Part shown: positions 26,608-35,660 of the stretch, piece after piece
How the letters are laid out: each line of letters opens with the position of its first letter
How positions within the stretch are numbered: the stretch's first letter is position 1
DNA from: Candidatus Nomurabacteria bacterium
GTDB taxonomy: Bacteria; Patescibacteriota; Saccharimonadia; Saccharimonadales; VXPC01
Assembly: GCA_020631905.1 (NCBI GenBank)
Contig: JACKGQ010000001.1
Coordinates: 229,854 to 293,853 of the forward strand
Direction of reading: 5' to 3'
Length of the DNA: 64,000 bases
Program-made: the position numbers and the translations under genes
Notes under the pieces: model-generated
What the model saw: the letters and a program-made list of their open reading frames with translations, nothing else
The model's database searches: none
What the model was told of the DNA's origin: nothing

Positions 26608-27515
26608 GCTACTTTTGCAAGTGCTTGTTTGCGAGCGGCAATCGACTCGTAAACCTGGTTTTCGACCATTCGACGGTGGGCTTCTTCTGGATTGCCTAGA
26701 TATTGCCAATGCCAAGGTTCGTATATTATCCCGGCATGACTGATGGTCGATAAAGGGTTATCTGGATTAGGGTGATATGGCAGCCAGTAGCCACAGTCTG
26801 GCCCAAATTTTAAGAGTGCCTCAAATTCTAGGGATTGCTCAAAACTAGCAACATTATCTCTATAACCTGTCTGGGGATTTAGTAACAGTTTGCCAAATTG
26901 ATCGCCGATAATCATAAAGTCCACAGCCGGGTGCCGGTAGTCGCTGTGTTGTGAACTGCCTGGCACCGAGCAACGCTTCAGCGCATCGCCGAGGCCATAT
27001 TCAACAATCGCACGTAGCAAAGTTATTGCTTGGTATGAAGGCGATCGGTAGCCTGAATCGATAATTATTCCAGGACGTTCTGGCCAGTTGCGAATAGATA
27101 TTTGTTCGACGATATACTGGTTGCAATTTGCCTGAAGGCTTAATAAATCGGAGTAAGTATGGCGGGGCATGAATTTTGTGTTCGGTTGCCGGTATTTACC
27201 GTCGGCACCAACATACGCTTGCTGGATTTCTGCAAATGCAGCATCTGGCGGCACGTCGGCAAATATCTCTATCGGTGATTCGGTGCCAGTTTGAGGTTTT
27301 TCTAGCAAGAGCACATCTTGAAAGATTCTTGCTGCGTGCGGATGAGAATCGAGCATGGCCAAGAGTTGAGTTTTTGAGTAAGTAGGAGCAAATTTATTGT
27401 CCGGCTGGCTCAATATACTAATAATCCAAGCGTTGGCCTCGCTCAGCTCTTCGCTAGACCAGCGCCCAGAGAACTCCTCTGGGGTTATTTTGTCGACTGT
27501 GTATGTTTCGGTCAT
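26604..27515 (-). CDS. LAS-family (peptidase M15, VanY-like) D,D-carboxypeptidase-like protein
   Basis: SGYRSPSYQ, SQHSDYRHPAVD and EPWHWQY resemble the VanY/M15B metal-binding and catalytic motifs. Confidence 0.6.
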   Translation of the reverse strand: MTETYTVDKITPEEFSGRWSSEELSEANAWIISILSQPDNKFAPTYSKTQLLAMLDSHPHAARIFQDVLLLEKPQTGTESPIEIFADVPPDAAFAEIQQAYVGADGKYRQPNTKFMPRHTYSDLLSLQANCNQYIVEQISIRNWPERPGIIIDSGYRSPSYQAITLLRAIVEYGLGDALKRCSVPGSSQHSDYRHPAVDFMIIGDQFGKLLLNPQTGYRDNVASFEQSLEFEALLKFGPDCGYWLPYHPNPDNPLSTISHAGIIYEPWHWQYLGNPEEAHRRMVENQVYESIAARKQALAKVA

Positions 27516-27549
27516 TGCTCATACTCTAGCATACGCGTAAGATTCAATC

Positions 27550-27891
27550 ATGTCAGAAGAATTAGACAGAACAGACCTAGATCGTGTTAGAGAGGCGATC
27601 GGCTTACACAAACTCGTAGCTGGTGAAACAAGTACTTGGTATCAAACAGATTGGCCAGGCTATAGGATTTCCATAACCGAAGGATGGGGTTCGATAGAAA
27701 TTAGCGGTCAGTATCCTGCACCAGTTGAGCCCAATAGGGTCATTGAAGTGCCGGACAGATCATTCAGGCTGCTTGCAGATATTGACGGGTTATCGTACAA
27801 AATCGAAGAAATATTGTTCGGTAACTGGCGTGATGATGTCGATGGGCATGGCTATCGAGTAGGCGATAGTGATGAAATCTACTACGATTAG
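27550..27891 (+). CDS. hypothetical protein (113 aa)
   Basis: ATG ORF. No motif recognised. Confidence 0.4.
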   Translation: MSEELDRTDLDRVREAIGLHKLVAGETSTWYQTDWPGYRISITEGWGSIEISGQYPAPVEPNRVIEVPDRSFRLLADIDGLSYKIEEILFGNWRDDVDGHGYRVGDSDEIYYD

Positions 27892-28700
27892 ATTGTCGTT
27901 CTGAGTCTACGAATAGCAACAAACTGGTGCGGATTACTGAGTTTCGTGCAGTCGATGCCAGCACGAGTTATCGGGAGTGTTTCGCGTACGACTCCTCCCA
28001 GATATTGGGGATTCTTACGGCTAGAATGAGCAAGTTCTATGGAGTTGTTTTCTGTGTTCACAATAACGGCGATATGTTGGCGTTTATCGGCACCATCTAG
28101 CATATGCACCAGATCTCCTATCTGGGCATCCTCAGGACTTACAGCGTAGCTAGAAAAATCCGATGTGAGTGTGCGAACGTTACATAAATTGGCTGGCTTT
28201 CGGTTGAAATTATCGACTACCCAACTAATTGGTACGTCGTTCGGAAGGTTTTTAATCTCTTCGGGCGTAAGCTTATGCTTTTCTTGCCATTCTTTATAGT
28301 TTAGGGCTCCGTTCATGACAGCTTCTTTAGGCATTGCAAGCATGTCTGACAGTCGTACTCCATGAACAACTTCAAGCACTTCAGACATAACATAATATAC
28401 AAACCCTGAGCACTCGATTGCCTTATAGTTCATCGACTTATCTGGGAGGCTTCCATCTATTAGCTTTTGCCGGATTTGCTGACCATTTAGATCTGGGTAA
28501 TTCGCCTTAATGTAGTCGACAGATCTCTTGATTTCATCTGGACTAGTTTTGCCAAGACCTCGGATTGCTTGCTTGGTCTCTATATATAGGTCATTGCGTA
28601 AATAGGGAGCCCAAAAAACTTCGCCGGTGTTTGTGGTGTAAGAGAATCTGGAAATTGCTCGATTCAGAGCATTTTGAATATCTTTCTGTTGACCCGTCAT
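27888..28700 (-). CDS. NlpC/P60-like cysteine peptidase
   Basis: ECSGFVYYV (catalytic Cys context), GDLVHM...HIAVIV and ELAHSS resemble the NlpC/P60 Cys-His-His arrangement. Confidence 0.55.
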   Translation of the reverse strand: MTGQQKDIQNALNRAISRFSYTTNTGEVFWAPYLRNDLYIETKQAIRGLGKTSPDEIKRSVDYIKANYPDLNGQQIRQKLIDGSLPDKSMNYKAIECSGFVYYVMSEVLEVVHGVRLSDMLAMPKEAVMNGALNYKEWQEKHKLTPEEIKNLPNDVPISWVVDNFNRKPANLCNVRTLTSDFSSYAVSPEDAQIGDLVHMLDGADKRQHIAVIVNTENNSIELAHSSRKNPQYLGGVVRETLPITRAGIDCTKLSNPHQFVAIRRLRTTI

Positions 28701-28721
28701 CAGGTATAATATCTTAACACA

Positions 28722-29642
28722 ATGATACCAATAGCAGATATCTACGAGGCCCGGAAACGGATTTCACGGGTAGCCAAACTTACACCTGTTCTTACTTCGA
28801 ACAGTATCAATCTAGAACTTGGACGTAAATTATTTTTTAAGTCAGAGCATCTGCAGACAACAGGAAGCTTTAAAATACGGGGGGCTTTAAACGCGGTCTT
28901 GCAAGCACCTGAAAATGCGCCAGGGATTATCGGTTTTTCCTCTGGTAATCACGCCCAGGGCTTGGCCTACGCAGCCAGCATATCGTCAAGGCCAGCAATT
29001 GTAATTATGCCTAGCGACTCCTCGAAGCTAAAGGTAGAAGCCACCAAACGATATGGCGCCAAGGTTGTTACTGAGGGGGTAACAGTCGAGAATCGTTACG
29101 AGATATTAAGCAAGATGATTGTCGAAACCGGGTATCATCCGATTCCACCTTTTGATGACTATCGAGTTATGGCAGGTCAGGGTACGATAATGCTTGAACT
29201 GCTCGAGCAAGTTTCGGATCTGGATGCAGTGCTTGTTCCGGTAGGTGGTGGTGGGCTGATTAGTGGCATAGCATCCGTAGTAAAGCAGTTAAAGCCATCG
29301 ATCGAAGTTATTGGTGTTGAGCCTGTTGGTGGCGACGATACCTACCAGAGCTTACAGAAAGGTGAAAGGGTTCAGCTAGATAAACCACCGACAACAATCT
29401 GTGACGGTATCCGGACGATCATACCTGGCGAAAAAACCTTTCCGATCATTCAAGAGACAGTCGATAGAATCATAGTTGTCCCTGATGAGGCAACAATCAG
29501 GGCTCAAGCGTTGATCATGCAGAGAATGAAACAAATAGTTGAACCTACGGCGGCGATCACCCTAGGTGCTGTGCTTGTCGACAAAGATTTGCCAAGTAAC
29601 GTCGGCTTAATCTTGACCGGCGGAAATTGGATGCCACAATGA
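28722..29642 (+). CDS. PLP-dependent threonine/serine dehydratase family protein (serine racemase-like fold type II)
   Basis: SFKIRGA PLP-lysine motif, GGGGLISG glycine loop. 306 aa with no regulatory ACT domain. Confidence 0.85.
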   Translation: MIPIADIYEARKRISRVAKLTPVLTSNSINLELGRKLFFKSEHLQTTGSFKIRGALNAVLQAPENAPGIIGFSSGNHAQGLAYAASISSRPAIVIMPSDSSKLKVEATKRYGAKVVTEGVTVENRYEILSKMIVETGYHPIPPFDDYRVMAGQGTIMLELLEQVSDLDAVLVPVGGGGLISGIASVVKQLKPSIEVIGVEPVGGDDTYQSLQKGERVQLDKPPTTICDGIRTIIPGEKTFPIIQETVDRIIVVPDEATIRAQALIMQRMKQIVEPTAAITLGAVLVDKDLPSNVGLILTGGNWMPQ

Positions 29643-30472
29643 GCTTAAACAACATTAATCCAGATATTTTAAACTTACCCATACCTAGTTTTGAGGCAAA
29701 GCGTAAACAAAAAACGACCAATGGCTACGCCGACATATCACTCAACCACGACCACCCATTATTCAATGATCCAGTGGTTAAGTTGAGTGCTTACGATGTT
29801 CGATGTCAAAGTTATTATGCAAACAATAGTTGGCTCGGCGAAGGGAGTGGTTTTGAGGCGGCGATGCGAGATGTCTATGTTCGTCAGGACATAGCTGAGC
29901 GGCTACAACGTATCAACGCTTTTCTCGGATCGACAACCGCAGACTTTATTCACGAAGCACTTGGTGGAAGGGTCGATATTTTTGTAACAGATGGTCTTAG
30001 ACCAGTGGCATTGATAGAGGAGCTCTATCACCGACTAGTTCCAGATTCAATCCGCAGAGATCACCCTGAGTTGAGTGAGGCCGAAGTTATGCGCTGGCGT
30101 GACCATCGTATGGCCAAACCAGATTCGAATGCGCCACACTCTACCGGTGGTGCTATCGATATAGCGCTTTCGTATCCCGCAACAAATCAAAAAGTACCAA
30201 ATGGCTTTGAAAGAGATAATATGGAAACAATGATTCCAGAATATCTAGAGATTCTGGAGTTAAGCCAACCACTTTCACCCGAGCAGAGACTAGCCCAGCT
30301 TAATCGACGGATACTCTATTATTTAATGACATCTGCCAGTTCCGAACGTGGTGGGGCAGATTTTGTTAATAATGGACTTGAGCTCTGGCATTTTGGAACA
30401 GGTGACAAACTCTCTGGTTTAATTGGCGATAGAGACGCTTATTACGATCAGGTTGCGGAGCTTCCAGAGTAA
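29627..30472 (+). CDS. D-Ala-D-Ala dipeptidase-like protein (VanX/DdpX, peptidase M15D)
   Basis: HSTGGAID (HxxGxAxD) and ELWHFG (ExWH) motifs. Overlaps the upstream dehydratase gene. Confidence 0.65.
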   Translation: MDATMSLNNINPDILNLPIPSFEAKRKQKTTNGYADISLNHDHPLFNDPVVKLSAYDVRCQSYYANNSWLGEGSGFEAAMRDVYVRQDIAERLQRINAFLGSTTADFIHEALGGRVDIFVTDGLRPVALIEELYHRLVPDSIRRDHPELSEAEVMRWRDHRMAKPDSNAPHSTGGAIDIALSYPATNQKVPNGFERDNMETMIPEYLEILELSQPLSPEQRLAQLNRRILYYLMTSASSERGGADFVNNGLELWHFGTGDKLSGLIGDRDAYYDQVAELPE

Positions 30473-30483
30473 GCAGCATACTA

Positions 30484-30512
30484 TTGACAGACGTAAGAAA
30501 ATAATTTATAAA
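30484..30512 (+). promoter_or_regulatory. promoter TTGACA-N17-TATAAA (probable leaderless transcript)
   Basis: TTGACA at 30484-30489 and TATAAA at 30507-30512. ATG 30522 lies 9 nt after the -10. Confidence 0.55.
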
Positions 30513-30521
30513 CATATACCT

Positions 30522-30884
30522 ATGAATACTGAAGCAGGCAATTTATCTCAGCCCACTACTTACGGGCTATTAGACACACTTTGGTTTGATGAAGATCTGC
30601 CAACAACCCCAGTAATATCTAATGGTATGGGTGACATACTACGAGCAGATAGCTTCGAGTTGCCACCGGATGAAACAGTCGGCGACAGTAGGCCTATGCA
30701 GGTTATCCGTGTTCAAATGCAAGATGGCTCTGTGCATTTTCATATTGGCGATGGTACATTCGGTGATACCAATCAGAATGCTGTCACACTGAGAAAAGGC
30801 GATGTACTAGAAGGGGTGCCAGACCCAGAGAGATCTGCCGAACGTTTAGTCAAAATTGGTCGCTATGTGCACCGAGCAATTTAA
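30522..30884 (+). CDS. hypothetical protein (120 aa)
   Basis: In-frame ATG of track ORF 30423-30884, positioned right after a consensus promoter. Confidence 0.45.
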   Translation: MNTEAGNLSQPTTYGLLDTLWFDEDLPTTPVISNGMGDILRADSFELPPDETVGDSRPMQVIRVQMQDGSVHFHIGDGTFGDTNQNAVTLRKGDVLEGVPDPERSAERLVKIGRYVHRAI

Positions 30885-30996
30885 TTCTTATCCAAAAAAA
30901 TAACTTACTAATTAGAACTTCGCATATAAAAGTTGCTTGGTAGTTTGCTTTAAAACAAAGCCCGAATACCTATATGTTATGGTATAATATTTACAG

Positions 30997-33639
30997 ATGA
31001 GCAAGAGGTTAGTGATTATCGATGGCATGTCCGTCTTCTACCGGGGCTACTATGCCATGCCTAGCCTGAGCACCAAAGACGGCACACCGACAGGGGGTGT
31101 TTATGGTTTTACAAGCCTGGCACTCGAGATTATCAAGCAACTCGAACCAAATTATGTATGCGTAGCATGGGACAAGTCAAAAACAAGTACTCGCAAGCGC
31201 CTAGATCTATATCCGGAATACAAAGCTGGCCGCAAACCACCTCCACCAGATTTTTATGCTCAGATACCAATTTTAAAAGAATTGCTCGAAGCATTCAGTT
31301 GGCCGCTGTATGAATGCGATGATTATGAAGCCGACGATATCATTGCGACCCTTGCCAAGAAAGCCGAGGCCAAAGACATCCAAACAATTATTATCGGTTC
31401 GGATTTGGACTTGCTCCAAGCGGTGACCGCTAAGACACACATGTACGCGCTCAAGAAAGGCTTTAGTAACATTCAACAGTTCGACGAAGCCGAATTCGAG
31501 AATAAATATGGTATTAAAGTTGAGCAGTTTATTGATCTAAAAGCAATCATGGGAGATGGCAGCGACAATATCCCAGGTGTTTCCGGTATCGGCAAAAAAG
31601 GCGCTGCCGAGTTATTGCAACAGTTTGGCACGCTCGAGAATGTTTACGAAAATCTTGATCTTGTAAAAGAGTCGATGCGTAAAAAACTAGAAGCTAGTCG
31701 AGACATGGCTTTCTTGAGCAAAAAAATCGTCACCCTTATGCTCGACGCACCGGTCGATCTGGATTTAAAAGCTATGGATGTGAATGATGTCGATGCAGCT
31801 AGGGTGCGGGCAGATCTCCAAAAACTTGAATTTCATAGTCTGCTGCGTAGTTTGCCAAAGACGATGGTAGACGCAGCGGCTCCAATTTTGGCACCGCAAT
31901 CTAGCAGTAAGCTTACTTTACCCAAAGTGCACATACACAATCGTCTCGACAATTTTTCGGATATCGACACAAGCAAACCTGTGTTTACGCACGTTTTTTG
32001 TAAGGGTAGATTTGGTGATGACCCTCAGGCTGTGCTCCTAGCCAACGACAACAAATCTCTACATATCTACAAGTCCGTCGGCCCAGAACTCAGAACTCAG
32101 AACTCAGAACTCAGAATCTATGGTTATGCCACTAAGCATAGCTTACAGATGTTGATCAGGCATGGTTTTGAGCAAGTCGAAGTCGAGCACGATATTAAAG
32201 TCGGAGCATTTTTAATAAATCCTTTGATTCGTGAACAATCGTTGAGTGCAATCGCTCTGAGCGATGCAGGCTACGATATCGAGCTGGATGATCTAGATGT
32301 TCAGGAGTTTATTTCGAAAGCACCAGAAATGTGCGCGATTATCCATGCAGTTGTCGACAAGCAAAAAGATGTAATGCAGAAGACAGGCCGACTTAAAAAG
32401 CTCGCAGAGGATATCGAGTGGCCAGTAATACCAGTATTAGCGCGAATCGAGCTCGCTGGCATGAAACTCGACGCCGACTATTTACGTAAAATGGGCGAAG
32501 AGATGTCTGGCAAGATTAGCGATCTTGAGCAAACTATTTACGGCTACGCCGACGAACAGTTCAATATCAGCAGTCCAACTCAGCTTGCCGATATTCTATA
32601 CGACAAATTAGGTCTACCAACTCAAGGCGTAAAAAAAGGCAAAACAGGCTACAGCACGGCTGCCAGCGAGCTGTCTAAACTCCGTAACCTTCATCCAATT
32701 ATCGAATACATTAGCGAATATCGGGAGCTTACAAAGCTCAAGAGTACATATATAGATACCTTGCCAGAACACCAAGGTGCCGATGGCCGAGTACGTAGCG
32801 ATTTACGCCTGACTGTGGCGGCTACCGGACGCTTGAGCAGCAGTGAACCGAACCTCCAGAATATCCCTGTTCGTAGCGAAGTTGGCAAAAAAATTCGGAA
32901 TGCGTTTGTTGCCGAACCAGGTAACTTGCTTGTTAGTGCCGACTATAGCCAGTTCGAGCTGCGTCTAGCAGCCGTACTTGCCGGCGATAACGACATGGTC
33001 GAAGCTTTTAATAGTGACGAAGACATCCATACACTTACCGCAAGCCAGGTATTTGGCGTGGCACTAGAAGATGTGACGCGCGAGATGCGCTACGATGCCA
33101 AGACTGTTAACTTTGGTATTCTTTACGGCCAGGGTAGTCATGGTCTAGCCCAACAAACGGGTATGAGCTATGGGGAGGCCAAAGAGTTTATCGACAAATA
33201 TTTCGAAAAGCGGGCTGCTATACGCGAGTACATCAAGCACCTGCGCGAGCAAGCCAAAGAGCAGGGCTACGTCGAAACGATGTTTGGCAGACGTCGGCCA
33301 ACACCAGATGTTGCCAGCAGTAACTTTATCGTCCGCGAGGCAGCTTACCGCCAGGCAGTTAATATGCCAATTCAGGGGAGTGAAGCCGATTTAATGAAGA
33401 TGGCGATGATTAAACTCGAGAACGAGTTTAATCATAGTTCTGAGTTCATGGTTCTAAGTTCTAAGCAGAAACCACGGCAGATTATGCAGGTCCATGACTC
33501 GATCATCGTAGAATGTCGTGAGCAAGATGCCGAAAAGGTTAGCAAGTTAATGAAAGAAACTATGGAAAACATCTACCCAAGCCTCGAGATTAAACTCAAG
33601 GTAGATGTATCCGTAGGCACCAATTGGGGAGATCTTTAA
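30997..33639 (+). CDS. polA: DNA polymerase I
   Basis: 880 aa. 5' nuclease domain, central domain, and polymerase motifs DYSQFELRLAA, RYDAKTVNFGILYG and QVHDS. Confidence 0.97.
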   Translation: MSKRLVIIDGMSVFYRGYYAMPSLSTKDGTPTGGVYGFTSLALEIIKQLEPNYVCVAWDKSKTSTRKRLDLYPEYKAGRKPPPPDFYAQIPILKELLEAFSWPLYECDDYEADDIIATLAKKAEAKDIQTIIIGSDLDLLQAVTAKTHMYALKKGFSNIQQFDEAEFENKYGIKVEQFIDLKAIMGDGSDNIPGVSGIGKKGAAELLQQFGTLENVYENLDLVKESMRKKLEASRDMAFLSKKIVTLMLDAPVDLDLKAMDVNDVDAARVRADLQKLEFHSLLRSLPKTMVDAAAPILAPQSSSKLTLPKVHIHNRLDNFSDIDTSKPVFTHVFCKGRFGDDPQAVLLANDNKSLHIYKSVGPELRTQNSELRIYGYATKHSLQMLIRHGFEQVEVEHDIKVGAFLINPLIREQSLSAIALSDAGYDIELDDLDVQEFISKAPEMCAIIHAVVDKQKDVMQKTGRLKKLAEDIEWPVIPVLARIELAGMKLDADYLRKMGEEMSGKISDLEQTIYGYADEQFNISSPTQLADILYDKLGLPTQGVKKGKTGYSTAASELSKLRNLHPIIEYISEYRELTKLKSTYIDTLPEHQGADGRVRSDLRLTVAATGRLSSSEPNLQNIPVRSEVGKKIRNAFVAEPGNLLVSADYSQFELRLAAVLAGDNDMVEAFNSDEDIHTLTASQVFGVALEDVTREMRYDAKTVNFGILYGQGSHGLAQQTGMSYGEAKEFIDKYFEKRAAIREYIKHLREQAKEQGYVETMFGRRRPTPDVASSNFIVREAAYRQAVNMPIQGSEADLMKMAMIKLENEFNHSSEFMVLSSKQKPRQIMQVHDSIIVECREQDAEKVSKLMKETMENIYPSLEIKLKVDVSVGTNWGDL
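32084..32118 (+). repeat. heptanucleotide tandem array (CAGAACT x4 plus 1 degenerate) inside polA
   Basis: CAGAACT CAGAACT CAGAACT CAGAACT CAGAATC, translated as PELRTQNSELRI. Confidence 0.9.
33436..33463 (+). repeat. heptanucleotide tandem array (AGTTCTN-like, 4 units; reverse complement of the AGAACT core) inside polA
   Basis: AGTTCTG AGTTCAT GGTTCTA AGTTCTA, translated as SSEFMVLSS. Confidence 0.8.
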
Positions 33640-34200
33640 ATGAATGAAGACATAGCATTTAAAGGAAGATTGTTTGAGATTGTACATCTTCTGCAGGCCG
33701 ACGGCCGAGTGTTCGAGGTTGCTAGGCGAGCACCTGGGGTGCGATTAATTGTTGCAAATCAAAATGAAAAGAAGATTTTACTTACTAAAGAATTCAGGCG
33801 TGAGCTAGATGCCTGGGATTATCGTTTGCCTGGCGGCAAAGTATTCGATTCACTCGACGAATACGAAGCTTTTCGACAATCTGGTAAAGACATTCTAGTG
33901 GCTGCCAGATCCAAAGCTACTCAAGAAGGTGCCGAAGAAGCTGGGGTTGATATAAAAGACGTCGAGCTATTTGAAAAGTCTACTCTTGGGGCAACTGTAG
34001 AATGGGATTTGTTTGTGTTCGAAGTCACCAACTGGCAAGCACATAAAGATGGCCAAAAATTGGAAGATGGCGAGAACATCGAAGCCGACAACTGGTTCAG
34101 TTACGGGCAAGCTAAACAAATGATTTTAAATGGTGAAATGCAAGAACACCGCATCGCTTTGCTACTACTACAATGGCTGGAGAAACAAAATGACCGATAA
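33640..34200 (+). CDS. NUDIX hydrolase
   Basis: The Nudix-box region GGKVF...ATQEGAEEAGV is degenerate but recognisable. 186 aa. Confidence 0.75.
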   Translation: MNEDIAFKGRLFEIVHLLQADGRVFEVARRAPGVRLIVANQNEKKILLTKEFRRELDAWDYRLPGGKVFDSLDEYEAFRQSGKDILVAARSKATQEGAEEAGVDIKDVELFEKSTLGATVEWDLFVFEVTNWQAHKDGQKLEDGENIEADNWFSYGQAKQMILNGEMQEHRIALLLLQWLEKQNDR

Positions 34201-34606
34201 AGATTTTCTAAGAATTGCTGTAGAAGAGTCAAAGAAAGTTCCTGCGCCTTACGGTTTCGGTGCTGTAATAGTTAAAGATGGCGAATTAATTATTGCAGAG
34301 CATAATCATGTAGCCGAGTATAACGACCCTTCGGCACACGCTGAAGTAACTGCTATTCGAGCAGCATGTTCAAAGCTTGGTGATTGGCACATCCATGGCA
34401 CGACAATGTATACGTCCCACGAACCATGCATGATGTGTTTATGTTGTGCTGCCTGGGCACAGATTGACAGGATTGTGTTCGCAACTCGTGCTGATGAGCT
34501 TACGGAAGATATGTATGAGTTCAGAAACGCCGAATTCAAGAATATTGCTAGCAAGCTACAGAGACAAATTGAGGTTCAGTATTTGCCTTTAAGGATCGAG
34601 GAATAA
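34190..34606 (+). CDS. CMP/dCMP-type zinc deaminase (guanine deaminase/TadA-like)
   Basis: HAEVTAI and PCMMCLCCAAWA (HxE...PCxxC). ATG 34190 overlaps the upstream stop. Confidence 0.85.
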   Translation: MTDKDFLRIAVEESKKVPAPYGFGAVIVKDGELIIAEHNHVAEYNDPSAHAEVTAIRAACSKLGDWHIHGTTMYTSHEPCMMCLCCAAWAQIDRIVFATRADELTEDMYEFRNAEFKNIASKLQRQIEVQYLPLRIEE

Positions 34607-35250
34607 TGGAAGTACCGTATAACTTACATTTTGAGCCGAGTTGCGAAGAAGTGGTGTTGATTGCCCCGGGTAGCTCAGGCGGTATGAAGCAGAGCTTAAT
34701 TAGGGCCGTGTTTGAACGTGCTGTCGAGCAGAGGCTGACAGTCCTAGCCTTTGACTATCCGTATTACTACCGCGGTGACGAGCAACCATCAAGTCAACTA
34801 AGAGAAGAAGTTGAGGCTATGGCCGAAGCCACGGATTTACTATCTGAGGCTGGAGCAAAGAGTCTGCATATTATAGGGAAGTCGTTGGGAGGAGTTGTTG
34901 CCAGCATACTGCTCAGACACACTAGGCAGATGGAGCGTGAAGCCGATAAGCTAGGTGAAATAACTGAACCAGATGGCCCTTGGTCTTCGCTGTCGGATAG
35001 AGTTCGACTTACAGTAATGGGTTTTGTTATGCCTGATATAACAATCGAAGACCTAGCTGCCTATCGGGTCGATATTATTCAAGGACAGTTCGATCGATTT
35101 GCGAATGTCATGGATATCCGCGACATGCTCGACAACGCAGATAGGCCTGATATTGGCGTAACAGAAGTTGTTGGCGCTGATCATAGTTTTCGTGATTCTA
35201 GTGGCGACGATATCTATGTGCAAGCAGCTGTTAATCTGATCGAGTGGTGA
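34606..35250 (+). CDS. alpha/beta hydrolase fold protein
   Basis: GKSLGG nucleophile elbow (GxSxG) and C-terminal DH pair. 214 aa. Confidence 0.6.
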   Translation: MEVPYNLHFEPSCEEVVLIAPGSSGGMKQSLIRAVFERAVEQRLTVLAFDYPYYYRGDEQPSSQLREEVEAMAEATDLLSEAGAKSLHIIGKSLGGVVASILLRHTRQMEREADKLGEITEPDGPWSSLSDRVRLTVMGFVMPDITIEDLAAYRVDIIQGQFDRFANVMDIRDMLDNADRPDIGVTEVVGADHSFRDSSGDDIYVQAAVNLIEW

Positions 35251-35660
35251 TGACTAGCTTGATTCATAAAGTTGCTGGGATAATAATAAAAGACAGGCAG
35301 TTACTGGTGGTGCGTGAGTTTGGTAAGAGCGTGTTTTTTAGCCCGGGTGGTAAGATTGAGCCCGGCGAAAGCAAAGAGCGGGTGCTAATGCGCGAGCTGG
35401 CCGAAGAACTCGGAATTCAGACAACCCCCAAAGATTTCAGGCCTTTTGGCCATTACAAGGCCGAAGCTGCCGGGAAGGTAGGCGCGATGCTCGAGATGGA
35501 TGTACTGATGGTTACGAACTACGAAGGCCAAATAAGGGCTGGTAGCGAGATCGAAGAGCTAGCTTGGGTCGACAGCCAGAACCAAGCCGGCTTAGAGCTT
35601 GGCAGTATATTTGAACATCATGTTATTCCCGAGCTAAAATCGAAAAACTTAATTGACTAG
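35244..35660 (+). CDS. NUDIX hydrolase (MutT-like)
   Basis: Nudix box GGKIEPGESKERVLMRELAEELGI. Confidence 0.85.
   Translation: MVMTSLIHKVAGIIIKDRQLLVVREFGKSVFFSPGGKIEPGESKERVLMRELAEELGIQTTPKDFRPFGHYKAEAAGKVGAMLEMDVLMVTNYEGQIRAGSEIEELAWVDSQNQAGLELGSIFEHHVIPELKSKNLID

Noticed and set aside
26604-30472. Interpreting the VanY-like/VanX-like cluster as a glycopeptide-resistance (van) operon.
   Set aside because: There is no D-Ala-D-Lac/Ser ligase, no VanH dehydrogenase, no VanT-type racemase and no VanRS two-component system in or near the cluster.
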